From Geosiphon pyriformis uo1 (taxonomy: Eukaryota > Fungi > Glomeromycota), in contig JAAOMT010000762.1 of the NCBI GenBank assembly GCA_016748015.1, positions 62,001-126,000 on the forward strand: a stretch of 64,000 nucleotides of DNA. Reading direction: 5' to 3'. Numbering within the stretch: position 1 is the stretch's first letter; every line of letters begins with the position of its first letter. Both the position numbers and the translations under genes were made by a program. Positions 1-11,620 of the stretch are shown piece by piece. The notes beneath the pieces are model-generated. The model ran no database searches and was not told where the DNA came from. It saw nothing but the letters and a program-made list of their open reading frames with translations.

Positions 1-512
1 AACTTACTTGGCATGTTGTTTTCTCAGAGCTAGTGATTTTTAAATAATCAGATTTAGATGGCTGGATTTAGAACATTAATTGTAAATCAATGATACCAAT
101 TGTGATTATGATTAACATAATCAGAAATAGATCAATTGATTACATTTCTTGGTAACTACTTTTAATCATTGATTGCAGATCTGGAATGTTAAATTGTTCC
201 AATAAGGACGTATGAGAATTTTGGAGCATAACAAAACCTGTTGTTATCTGATTACATGCATCAATCATTCATTTCCATTGGTGTTTCTTAGTTTGCCAAG
301 ATTTTTTTGTATCCAACTTAGTTAAACTGTTGGATTGTGCCATATTTTTTTGTTGTAATTGGATTGATTGCTGATCATTTATTTCCAGATTGCTGGCTGA
401 TTTTGTTGATTAAGTGTGATAATATAGGCTTTTTTCACATAATTTTGATGTTAATTTCTATTATATGTGTTGTAATTTTTGCATTAAAAAGTGTGAAAAT
501 CTTCCAGTAACA
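1..512. mobile_element. Terminal part of an LTR from a further, unassigned family (D), inserted into the RNase H of A0
   Basis: Non-coding sequence ending CCAGTAACA at 512, the same terminus type as the other LTRs. The A-family RNase H frame (QECLAVV) resumes immediately after. The other end lies outside the window. Confidence 0.5.
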
Positions 513-753
513 ACAAGAATGCTTAGCAGTAGTTTAGGCTACTAGTTACTGGGAGCAATATCTTCTTGGTGCAAAATTCTTAGTGGTAACAAATCATCAA
601 GCCTTGGTTTGGCTGCACAATAAAAAGAAGCTAGAACACAAATGAATAACTCACTGGATACTCCACTTGGATGAATTTGACTATGATATTCAACACCACA
701 AAAAAACAAATTATCAAAATGCTGATGCTCTCTCTAGACTTACCATCCAGTGA
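513..753 (+). pseudogene. RNase H C-terminal fragment of A0 pol
   Basis: Reads QECLAVV*ATSYWEQYLLGAKFLVVTNHQALVWLH...NADALSRLTIQ and ends at TGA 751-753. Confidence 0.85.
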
Positions 754-762
754 TAGTACAAC

Positions 763-3183
763 TTTTTTTTTTTTTTTTTTATGTTAACATGTAGTCACAC
801 TGGTTGTTTATTAGTTAAGCCACAGTAATGTGGTGGTTTCACAAAGCCAGCTCATCCAATAATACAAAAATCACAAGATGCAGCTAATCACAAGTGGAAA
901 GCCCTAACTACACACTAGTATTATCTTTGTTATCTAATGTATTAAACATATCTAATTCATACATCTTACCCATAATGCTAACAAGCTCATGACTATTTTT
1001 AACCATACCACTTATCCACTTAGCAGTCTGATTAGGACTGGATTTGATTCTAGAAGGCTAATCTTCTCATAGATGCATCATAACATCAAAGGTATTATCA
1101 TAAACTGAAAAGTCTTTATCTTTATTATCATCATTATCAACATTATCAACCATGTTATTACTATCTGATCTATTTTCCAAGCAGGCCCATTTACATATTT
1201 TCTCAAAGCATGTTATTCTTTTCTGCATTATGGTGGTAACAGCAGCCAAGCCTTTATTTTGCTTAGCCAATCCATCTACACATTCCTTAACTGACACATT
1301 CACAACAGATAGAGTAGACAGCAATTTGGTAACCAATGCAACCAGAGCACCAACAGGTTTAACTAAGAATTTTATCAACACAGATAGTTCACTAAGGTGG
1401 GATTCAAAAGAAGCCAACCTAGATTCAACAGCAAAATTGAAAACAGAAGAGACAGCAGGCAACATGGGTGTTGTAGTTTTGGAAGAACCACCAAGATCCA
1501 AGTCTATATCAGCAGCAGCAGCACCAAGAAGAACCACAAAAACAGCAGCCTTGGCATAAGATTTAGATCCAACAAATGAAAGTTTAAAATTTTTGGGGCC
1601 ACCAAAGGTGTTGGAAAAGAGTTTAGGTGGGAGAGAAGGCAACTTCTTGCAGTTCACAGCCAAATAATTCAAGTCTTGGCATCTGTTTTCCATTAGATGC
1701 AACAACCATACAAGGTACCAGTTTTTGACACTATAACATTCAGAAATTCCAAAAAATCAAAAATAACCACAGCAAAGCATTGATGTTGATAAGATTCAGG
1801 GGAGTAAGGAATAAAACATGTATGGCCACCAACTTGGAAGACCAAATCACTTATTTTAAAGACAGTACAGCCAAATGGAAGATTGACCAACTTAGTTTTA
1901 AATGCATCTTTTAAGAAGATAATCTCCTTTTGGTTGGTGATGGAAAGAATCCTAACACTATTTTTTTTGACTAATACAGATGAGTTAGAAAAAGCAGCAG
2001 CAGCAGAAGAAGTGTCTTTGAAGTTTACCACAGCATATTGTCATAAGCCAGTAGGCTTCAACTTAACAGAAATGACAACACCAAAAATGCCAAGAACAGA
2101 TTTGATGTCATCAGAAGAGATACCCAAAGATACATCACACAGTGTAACTGACAATGAAGAGAAAGAAACAGAGGCCACACCAGAAGACCATGCAATCTTA
2201 AGAGTGGTCAAAAAAACCTCATTACTAATAGCCACTTTGGTGGCACTATTTAAACTCTTCTGAGATGCAAATTTTACACAGAACAACTTAACAGCATCTT
2301 GTGAAACTGACTTAAGCTCAATACAACCAGGCAGCAACTGAAACAAAGAACCAAGCAGGGCCATTTTGATCTTAAATATAGCACCAGATACTAGATTGGA
2401 GGCCATCCAACCAGAGAATCTTTGATAACCATTCACATTCTTCCAATCACCACTATCAGCAGCACCAAAAATTGGGAGAGAGACAGTTAATTCCATTTCT
2501 ATCTGATCAGTCCAATCTTTGAGATCATCTAAATTGATGGACTGTTTTGCTATTGGAATTGGTGATAATCTGCTGGAGAGTATTACATCAGGCAACACAG
2601 CCAATAGTTGATCTTGGCCCATCTTGGAAAATGTGCCACTGCTGTTGCCATGCATATTAGAAAAATAACTGGCTGCTGTTGTGGAGATCTTACCAAAGAT
2701 CTCATCTGGAACCACAAAGAGGTTCAGTGTGATCATAGCAGTTGTAACTGTTTGCTGCTGTTTTTTGGAATTTTTTGCTTTTGTGGCCATTTGTAAAGCA
2801 GTAGTAGTAGAAGTAGTAGTAAGAGTAGTAAGAGCAGGAAAGACCAACTTGTTGACTGGTCTGTTATTAAAAATCTTTGGGCTTTTTGAAGTGATAGAGA
2901 CAACACTGAGACTAATCCAAGTGTGCCTTTTTGAAGGAACTTTGACTGGAGAAGAACTTTCAGCCAAAAGAGAAAAAAATAAACCAGAAGCTGCTAAAAG
3001 CAGCTTTTCACTAATATTTTTTAAAGAAAATGTTGCCAGAATGTTTTGTTTAGCTGCTTCAATAACAGAAAAACTCTCTTGTGTTGAACTTTTATTAGTT
3101 ACTATAGGAAAAGTAACATTTGCAACTTTTTTACTCTTAGCTCTATTTGTGGTCATGAAAATTAAGAGAGAAAAAGTTTTTTT
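763..3183 (-). mobile_element. H1: ORF1-only non-LTR retroelement (HAL1-like) with poly(A) tail and TSD
   Basis: Poly(T) 763-780 on +; AATAAA on - at 807-812; TSD GTGATAGTACAAC(TT) at 750-762 and 3184-3196; homologous end to end to 16509-18894. Confidence 0.9.
908..3156 (-). pseudogene. LINE ORF1-like protein of H1 (RRM-like regions, CCHC knuckle remnant, coiled-coil, acidic patch; about 750 aa ancestrally)
   Basis: ORFs 2041-3354 (from MTTNRAKSKK, ATG 3156), 1693-2031 and 1067-1705 join into one frame. RRM-like segment TLCDVSLGISSDDIKSVLGIFGVVISVKL...YAVVNFKD; knuckle remnant RCQDLNYLAVNC; terminal TAG 908-910. Confidence 0.8.
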
Positions 3184-3245
3184 GTGATAGTACAACTTCT
3201 CAAACCAAACCAACTTAATTATTAGTAACTTTTTTACAAACAACC

Positions 3246-4554
3246 ATGATAATAGACTTGGACAACTACTTTGCCTTAATGGAATTTTTGGGTAAAGGAC
3301 AATACCCACCAGAATACACTCAACAGCAAAGAGAACATTTGCACAAACAATCAAATTTTTATTTGATCTGCCAGAACCAATTATATAAAAGAAACAGAAA
3401 AGATCCTAACTGCTCCCAAAGAATCATCAGATTTGAAGAAAGAGAAATTGTAATATACAATATGCACACTAACTCATTAGCTAGACACTTTGAAAAAACA
3501 AAGACAATTCAGAAAACTTTAGCTCACTATTATTGGCCTACCTTAGGAAAGAACATTGCTGAATACATTAAAACCTGTGACATCTGCCAAAGAAGAGGCA
3601 AACCCAATCACAAAGAAGATATCCATTCAATCTCTGTTGGTTAACCATTTGACAGAATTAGTATAGATGTTATTGAATCTTTTAAATTACTCTTAATAGC
3701 AACAGATACATTATTACAACTACTGACTATCTTACAAAGTGGATAGAAGCAAAAGCCACTCTTGACCAAACAGCAGTCTCAATAGCCAATTTTACTTAAG
3801 AAGATATTATTTGCCATCATGGCTGCCCCAAAGAACTTTTATCTGAGCTTTTCTCAATACACTGGTTAAAGAACTTTGTAGAAAAATGGGAATACATCAT
3901 AAACTTTCCTCTTTTTATTACTCCCAAACAAATGGCCTAGTGGAATGTTTCAATAGAACACTATGTAAAATCCTAGCCAAAACCAGTGAAAAAACAAACT
4001 TATAAGACAAAGTACTGTCTTCAGCTTTGTTTGCTTATAGAACTGTAAATCATAACATAACAAATTATGAACCTTTTTATCTGCTCTATGAATGTATGGC
4101 AACACTACCAATAGAAACTAACATTGAAACAATATCTTTTGAAGAGATCACAATAGGAAATTACAAAAACATTTTGCAAAGAAGACTTGGTACCATTCTT
4201 GACTCCTTGGTAGAAGCACAAATAATTGCTTTTGAAAAAATAAAACAGTTTCAAAAAAAGCTTAAGAAAAAGAAAACTTATAAAACATTTTCTTTAAGTG
4301 TTGGTAACTTGGTATTAGAATACTATTTTAACAGAGACAATATTTACGGTAATAAATTCTCTAGCTGATGGAAATAACTCTTTATAATTAACAAAGTTTT
4401 AAACAACAGTTCTTATATTCTTTAAGATCAATTCAGAACAATCTTCAATGATCATCCTGTTCATGGTACACGACTCAAGAAATATCATAAACAACCTGAT
4501 TGGCTGCCTGTGATGGTAATACCAACTCAAATGATCAGCAAAAATCAAGTATAA
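3246..4554 (+). pseudogene. Stand-alone integrase of A0
   Basis: Own ATG (MIIDLDNY), HHCC region (H..LARHF...CDIC), core segments and GPY/F-like tail; has stops and frameshifts. Confidence 0.9.
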
Positions 4555-4584
4555 ATAAATACATTATTCCCAAAACAAAGATAT

Positions 4585-5299
4585 TGTTATGGGTTGGAGT
4601 AACAAGCTAATGGATAGCAAGAGAAAACAGAATTGTAGGGTGATGAAAGGAATCAAAGAGATTTCAACTTCAAAGAGTGAATTGAATAAGTATGGATTCA
4701 ATGTGCAAGATCAGTTTCATAAAATATCTCAGTTGCTATATTTTTCAAAGATAACCAGAGAATCTGAAGGTAAAGAGATAGTCTATACTGTCAACAAATG
4801 ATCATGCCTAGTACAATTCTATGTCTCACATCAGCACTCTTAGAATTCAATATCAGGTATCAGATGTACTCTTTAGTCACATTTTATTCAATAATCTTCA
4901 AATGCTGCAATTACATGTTTCAGAAAAAGTGTAAAGAATAACCAACAAATAATCTTTTATCTTTAAGATGTTCAGATACTTGAAAGTAGGAAAAGGGAAA
5001 TTAGCGATAAGAAAATGATTGAGATAAAAGTTGTTATTTTATTTATTTATTTCTTTTGATTCTTCATGCTTTTCTACAGTTTAAGAGATTCATTGTTTAT
5101 ATAGCTATCAAAAATGGTCAATGATCAGATCAATGATCAAGTCAATAATTAGGTTAATGATTAGATCAATAATCAGATCAATAATCAGGTCATTGATCAG
5201 GTCAATAATTACTTACTAAAAATAGAGTGGCTAATTTATATGACATCAATGGCTAATACATGTGATAATTAATAAGAAGTATAAGTTTCAACTGTAACA
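4585..5299 (-). repeat. A1 3' LTR
   Basis: TGTTA...TAACA ends; preceded on - by PPT GGAGAGGATAA (5300-5310); 12-bp tandem array at 5116-5211. Confidence 0.95.
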
Positions 5300-5925
5300 T
5301 TATCCTCTCCAAAGAGATTGAGCTCTGGCAAAATTAAGCTATTTATGGTGTAATCTATTGGAAGAGTTTTATCTAATTCAAAGCTAACTAGTTTGTTGAA
5401 GTCTTTTGTCAATAAGATATATAATACTTGAAGCAAAATGAGTTTTGTATCCAGGAGACCAAATCTTTGTATTAGAGTTTTGGCCCTTTTAATAATAGTT
5501 AAAACTCTTGAGACATCTAACTGTATAATGCCCAAAATTTCTGTCTGTATCTCTGAAGTTGTTTTTTTTATGAGTTTTATATGCTCTATGATTTCACCAA
5601 GGTGATCATAGAGTTCTAATTGTCTTTCATATGACAAGTTTTTGTCTATAAATAAGATTTCTTGAAGTGTTTTTCTAATTGTGTTAGAAGATGGGAGTAT
5701 AGCTGCTGTTATACTTTCCAACAGATATTTATCTATTTTACTAGCAATTTTTTTTCTTCTGGTAGTGGTTTTTTTTGGTCTAATAACAGTATGTGTTCTA
5801 CTGTTATCAGTTATAGTGGTTTGTTTTCCAATGGTCAAAGTAGTATTTGGATAGTTTTTGATCCAATACTCATAAAGAGTATAGAAAGCATTTTGAATGT
5901 TTTGATCCAGAAAATAATTGTTCAT
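5269..5925 (-). CDS. A1 ORF3, 218-aa protein of unknown function; still open; stop inside the 3' LTR
   Basis: ATG 5925 (MNNYFLDQNIQ). The 657-nt length is identical in A0 and A3; homologous ORFs exist in B and C. Confidence 0.7.
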   Translation of the reverse strand: MNNYFLDQNIQNAFYTLYEYWIKNYPNTTLTIGKQTTITDNSRTHTVIRPKKTTTRRKKIASKIDKYLLESITAAILPSSNTIRKTLQEILFIDKNLSYERQLELYDHLGEIIEHIKLIKKTTSEIQTEILGIIQLDVSRVLTIIKRAKTLIQRFGLLDTKLILLQVLYILLTKDFNKLVSFELDKTLPIDYTINSLILPELNLFGEDNVTVETYTSY

Positions 5926-5972
5926 GTTGATTGAAGATACCTCTGTTTTGGAAATAGTGTATTTATTTATAC

Positions 5973-7286
5973 TTAATTTTTGCTGATCATTTGAGTCGGT
6001 ATTATCACAACAGGCAGCCAATCAGGTCGTTTATGATATTTCTTGAGTCATGTACCATAAACAAAATAATCATTGAAGATTGTTCTGGATTGATCTTGAA
6101 GAATATAAAAACCATTGTTCAAAACTTTGTTGACTATAAAGGGTTCTTTCCATCGGCTAGAAAATTTATCATCATAGACATTGTCTCTGTTTGAACAATA
6201 TTCCAATACCAAGTCACCAACACTTAAAGAAAGTATTTTATAGGTTTTATTTTTCTTAAGCTTTTTTTGGAACTGTTTTATCTTTTCAAAAGCAATTATT
6301 TGTGCTTCTACCAAGGAGTTAAGAATGGTACCAAGTCTTTTTTGCAAAATGTCTTTGTAATTCCCTATTGTGATCTCTTCAAAGGGTATTGTTTTAATAT
6401 CAGTTTCTATTGGTAGTGTTGTTATGCGTCCATAGAACAGATAAAAAGGTTCATAACTTGTTATGTTATGATTCACAGTTTTATAAGCAAATAAAGCTGA
6501 AGGCAGTACTTTGTCCCATAAGTTTGTTTCTTCACTGGTTTTGGCTAGAGTTTCACATAATGTTCTATTGAAATATTCTACTAGGCCATTTGTTTGGGGG
6601 TGATAAGGAGAGGAAAGTTTATGACGTATTCTCATTTTTCTACAAAGTTCTTCAACCAGTGTACTGAGAAAAGCTCTTCCTCTATCAGATAAAAGTTCTT
6701 TGGGGCAGCCATGATGGTAGATGATATCTTCATAAATAAAATTGGCTATTGAGACTGCTGTTTGGTCTGGGGTGGCTCTTGCTTTTACCCACTTTGTAAG
6801 ATAGTCAGTAGTTGTGATAATATATCTGTTGCCATCAGGAGTGATTGTTAAAGATCCAACAACATCTATACTAATTTTGTCAAAGGGTTGACCAACAGAG
6901 ATTGAATGGATATCTTCTTTGCGATTAGGTTTGCCTCTTCTTTGGCAGATGTCACAGGTTTTGATGTATTCAGCAATGTTTTTTCCCAAGGTAGATCAAT
7001 AATAGTGAGCTAAAGTTTTCTGAATTGTTTTTGTTTTTCCAAAGTGTCTAGCTAATGAGTCAGTGTATATGTTATATATTACAATTTCTCTTTCTTCAAA
7101 TTTGATGATTCTTTTGGAGCAGTCAGGATCTTTTCTGTTTCTTTTGTATAATTGGTTCTGGTAGATCAAATAAAAATTTGATTGTTTGCGCAATTGTTCT
7201 CTTTGTTGTCCAGTGTATTCAGGTGGGTATTGTCCTTTACCCAAAAATTCCATTAAGGCAGAGTAGTTGTCCAAGTCTATTATCAT
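5973..7286 (-). pseudogene. Stand-alone integrase of A1 (438 codons)
   Basis: ORFs 6996-7286 and 6048-6989 are in one frame: HHCC, IDVVG, LSDRG, PQTNGLVE, WKEPF. Confidence 0.93.
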
Positions 7287-7344
7287 GTTTGTTTATAAAG
7301 AAGTTACTAATAATTAAGTTGGTTTGGTTTGAGAGATTGTACTG

Positions 7345-10028
7345 TCACTGGATGGTAATTCTAGATAGAGTGTTGGCGTTTTGATGATTTGTTCCTTTGT
7401 GGTGTTGAATATCATAGTCGAATTCATCCAAGTAGAGTATTCAGTGAGTTATTCTTTTGTGTTCTAGCTTCTTTTTTTTACACAGCCAAACCAAGACTTG
7501 ATGATCTGTTACCACTAAAAATTTTGCACCAAGAAAATATTAATCCCAGTAGTTGGTAGCCCAAACTACTGCTAAACATTCTTGTTCAGTAACTAAATAG
7601 TTCTTTTTTGCTGGTGTGAGAGATCTACTGGCATATACTATTGCATGTTCTCTGCCATTTTCATCTTTCTGTAAAAAGATAGCACCAAGTTTATAGCCAG
7701 ATGCATTAATGTGGAGAATAAAAGGTTGGTCCAGATCAGGTTGTTTGAGAATTGGTTTAGTAACAAGTTTTTTCTTCAAGAATTCAAAAGCTTTTTGTTG
7801 ATGAGTGCCCCAGTGATAATTGACATTTTTTTTGAGTAGCTGATTGAGAGAAAAGACAATTTTAGAGAAATCTTTGATAAATTTGCAATAGTAAGAAGCC
7901 AAACCAAGAAAAGAACATAGTTTAGGAACATTCATTGGTTGTCTAATGTTTTGAACTTTTTCAACTTTAGCTGGGTCAGAAAAGATTCTATCTTTTATAA
8001 CAAAATGACCAAAAAATTGGGTGGATTGGCATCTAAAGAAAGATTTGATTGGGTTGATTTTAAGGCCAGCATTTCTGAGCAGGTCAAAAACCTTCTGTAA
8101 ATATTCAAGATGTTCATCCCAGGTTTTTGAATATACTATTATGTTGTCCAAGTAAACCAAAACAAAGTTTTCTTTTATTAATTCAAACACTTTATTTATT
8201 AGGCATTGAAAAGTGGGAGAAACATTGATGAGACCAAAAAGAACTCATAAGTGCCATACTTGGTAATGAAGGCAGTTTTCTTTCTGCTTTCTGGATCTAT
8301 CTCTACTTGCCAAAATCCAGCAATTAAGTCAATAGTTGAGAAAAAAGCAGCACTATTGAATTTATCTAACATTGCATTAATTTTGGAGAATGAGTACATG
8401 TCTCTTATAGTGATGACATTTAATTGGCAGTAGTCAATACAGAAGTGTAGAGTTCCACCTTTCTTGGATATCATTACAACTGGAAAAGCCCATTCACTCT
8501 TGGTTTCTTGTATGAATCCAAGATTTTTCATCCAATTTATCTCTTTCTTGATAAACTTATCATTGTATTGATTCGATTGATAAGGCTTTAAATGGATGGG
8601 GTGAGTTTCTTTTGTGGTGATGGTGTGTTGTATTACATGGGTTTGTCCAGGGGCATCACCTTCTTTTGAGATAACTGGGCTATTTCTAGCCAACAGATTT
8701 TCAATGTCCACTTTTCTTTCTTTAGGAGAAGGTTCTCTTTGTTTTACAACTAGTGATTGGATTTCAGGTGGTTCATTCTCAAAGAACTTTTGTACTTCTT
8801 TAAGTTCTTCTCGAGGTATCAAGCTAATTGGTTCCCAATCTTTGTAGTAGATTAGACAGGATTTGCATTCATCACTTGGTGAATACAAAGGTTTATTACA
8901 CCAGCACTGTGCACAAGGGCCATGTTACCAATAACTGTATTTTGCTTTCTTGTTAGGTTTTCTGTCAAAGGTTCTTTTGAGGACATTATAGTAGGGCCAG
9001 CAGATCAGTTTGCCATTTACTATGATTTCTTCTTTGTTAGCTTTAACATTGTCCAGTGGCTTGTCATTGCTGGTAAAGATGGTATAAGCAAGTTCAGCAG
9101 TTTCTTCTGGTTCTTCTTGATCTTCTTTATTATTACTTTTATCATTATTTGATTCATCTGATTGTTCTTCTTTTTGGTTCTGCTTGTGTACTAGAGGAGT
9201 TGTCCAATGTTAGCATTTAACCACAATAGGTTTCTTACCACATCTGATGGTTAGCTTACAAAGTTCATAGTCAAGTAGTGCTTTGGCTTTCTTAAGCCAT
9301 TTATTACCAACAATGATGGTGTACTTTTTTGCTTCAGATACTTCCATATCTGTTTCAATGCTGATATTATTGATGCAGACAAAAATAGCTTTGGCTATGC
9401 CCAGGCCTTTTTTCTTGTCACCATGTATGTTGGTCATTGGTTTTGTGGAAGGTTCATCAATTTTTCTGCCAATTGCTTCAAGAAAATGTGTGGCAATTAC
9501 ACTAACAAATGATCTACTGTCTAGGATCAGATCAATGAAGTAACTAGCCACTTGGGTTTTACAAATCAGAGGGGTAACATTGGTATTATCAGCAAGTCCA
9601 GCTTGGCGAGAGTGTTTGTTGGTCTTTGGTATCTTTTTTTTTGGTATCAATGATTTGTGAAAATATTTTCTGAATTGTAGATGAGTTATCAGTTGGCCAA
9701 ATGTAATGTGTGCTGGGGTTTCCATGAGATCTTTAACAACAGAATAGAGTTCAGATTTTTGTACAATTTCTGGGGGTTTCAACTTTGGAGAATTTTTAAA
9801 AACCTTAGTCTTTGGTGGCTCATTGTTATCAGCAGATGATTTGGATGCTTTGTTTGGGTCTAAAACGAAATCAACCTTGACTTTTTTCTTTTTTCTGGTT
9901 GATTCAGAGGTGTTGATTGCTAGTTCATCCATATCATGATCATTATCAGTTAGGTTAAAAGCATAAAAGAGGTTTTCTTCTGGTTGGCTTGCACTCTCAC
10001 TCTTTGGAGGTATGCCTACCAGTTTAAA
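7345..10028 (-). pseudogene. pol: A1 pol (aspartic protease, small Cys motif, RT, RNase H)
   Basis: LILDSRS (from DSGS), WAFPVV, FCIDY, YLDN (from YLDD), SFLGLASYY, INASG, EQECLAVV; TGA at 7345-7347. Confidence 0.93.
9982..10028 (-). promoter_or_regulatory. Putative -1 ribosomal frameshift signal (U UUA AAC plus downstream stem) between gag and pol
   Basis: Gag frame reads CCT TTA AAC TGG TAG and pol is in the -1 frame. Heptamer conserved at 10022-10028, 19278-19284 and 39494-39500; followed by the inverted repeat TGGTAGGC...GCCAACCA. Confidence 0.75.
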
Positions 10029-11568
10029 GGCTAATAAACAGTGGCTTCAACTAAGGGATCCTCTCCAAAGAAATTGATGTTGGCATGATTGGTACTTTGG
10101 TTGAGAACATTATTGTTAATGGTTCTGTTGTTTTAATTGTTATTGTTTTTAAGAGCTGGAGGAAGCAATGAAGGATTATTGCAGTCTCTTGAGAAGTCTC
10201 CAATTAATCCACAATAATAGCACACAAGTGGGCCATGATTTTGCTCTCTTTGATATGGTGGTTGTTGGGACTGATTGAAATGAGATTCAAATCTGGGTCT
10301 TTGGAGTTGTTGATTCTTTTTAACTGCTTGGGCCAATAATTCTAATAGCTGGGCAAGATTAGCTGTAAGTCTATCTATTAACTGTTCATTTGGGTCTTGA
10401 GTTTGGACAGCAAAAGAGGTAGCAGCCATTTGGAGAGCAGAAGCCATAACAGGAGCAAGAGCAAAAACTGGAAGTGTGGATCCTAGGTGCATTCTTTAAT
10501 TGTCTTCTATTCTCTGAGCAAATTCAATGGCCATGTCCATTGTGGAATTATTTTTTAAGGCCAAGAGGGGCCAAAAAGCATATGATAGATCAGTTTTCAG
10601 TCTTTTTATAAAGAAATATATTTTCTGCTCTTCTGTCCAATTTCTTCCAAAGTCTACCTGTTTAATGAGTTTTCTTATTGCTTTGGCATATTCTGTCACA
10701 ACCTCACCAGGGCCTTGAGTTCTTCTTTCTAATTCCATATGCCATTTTGAGATTAAGATGGGAGTTCTAAATTTAGTTTCAAATTGGGTAGTGAAAAAGG
10801 TGTTGTCTTCTCCAGCATTTGCTGGTGCCTATCTAATGATTCTTTGCTGAGCATTGGCATTGGTTTCTTGTAAGAACCAAGTAGCAGGAGAGCCTTGGAG
10901 ATAGCCACCAACAATTTGGAACTTGTATTCATTATCATATTGGTTTGCTGTGACAGCTCTTTCAAAATCATCCAACCATTCAATTGGATCTTGGGTATTA
11001 CCTCTGAATAATAGTAATGGGGTGTTGTTTCTTTGCCCTAAAGTGGTCTGTATACCTTGGAGGGCAATCAGAATGTTTTGTTGCAGAGGGTCTTGAGCCA
11101 TTGGTTTAGGTGTAACTATTTGTGTAGAGTGTTCTGATTCAATTAAAAAGAGATCAAAAACAGGAGTAATTTGATAGCTTTCTTTTTCTGTTTTAAGAAG
11201 AGTTTCTGTTGATTGATGAGCAGTAATCCAAATGTGGATTTGATGATTCAGATATTCGAGATCAGGAGGCTGTTGTTCAAAGGTTGTAGAATATAAGAAC
11301 TGATTGATACTGTTGTTTCTTTCTTCAAATCATCTTCAAAATAAACTTGAATAAAGTAATAAGTTGTATAAGTTGTATAGGTTTCAGCTGAATGCTCATT
11401 CAGGAACCAGTTCCAAAAGTTATAGAATTGTCTGCTGGATTGTTCTTCAATGGAAAAGCAAATCAAGCAGGAGAGCAAAAGATTGAGTTCAATAAAGTCT
11501 AGATCATTTTTGTTGTGTGCTTTAAAGTGTTCTTCTGATTGTTGTGACAGATATAAATAATCACTCAT
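10016..11568 (-). pseudogene. gag: A1 gag (N-terminal extension, capsid, CCHC knuckle)
   Basis: FRGNTQDPIEWLDDFE, QGPGEVVTEY, CYYCGLIGDFSRDC. Confidence 0.92.
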
Positions 11569-11597
11569 ACAATAGAAAACAAGGTGGATTTTGACAA

Positions 11598-11614
11598 CCT
11601 TACAGAGAGCACCA
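11598..11614 (-). promoter_or_regulatory. A1 primer-binding site TGGTGCTCTCTGTAAGG
   Basis: Starts with TGG (complement of tRNA CCA), 6 nt inside the 5' LTR end; equivalent sites in A3 and C1. Confidence 0.8.
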
Positions 11615-11620
11615 CCTTTA

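Noticed and set aside
2681-3187. Antisense ORF open in both H1 and H2 (18325-18894), superficially like L1 ORF0
   Set aside because: No ATG start. In this frame stops arise only opposite Tyr or T-preceded His/Gln codons, which the S/T/A/K-rich ORF1 region largely lacks, so it is a shadow frame.
4589-4801. 70-aa ORF repeated at 11625-11837
   Set aside because: Both are the LTRs of the same element, antisense to it, and the frame is not kept in the A3 LTRs.
5116-5211. CRISPR-like appearance of short repeat arrays (also 21970-22130 and 24398-24495)
   Set aside because: Head-to-tail degenerate repeats with no unique spacers, inside LTRs, with no cas genes and a eukaryotic context.
5269-6021. 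ORF3 as an env gene
   Set aside because: Too short, with no signal peptide or transmembrane anchor. The listed 6021 start is a TTG overlapping IN; the likely start is ATG 5925.
11598-11614. tRNA gene fragments
   Set aside because: Only 17-18 nt complementary to a tRNA 3' end and adjacent to LTRs; these are PBSs.
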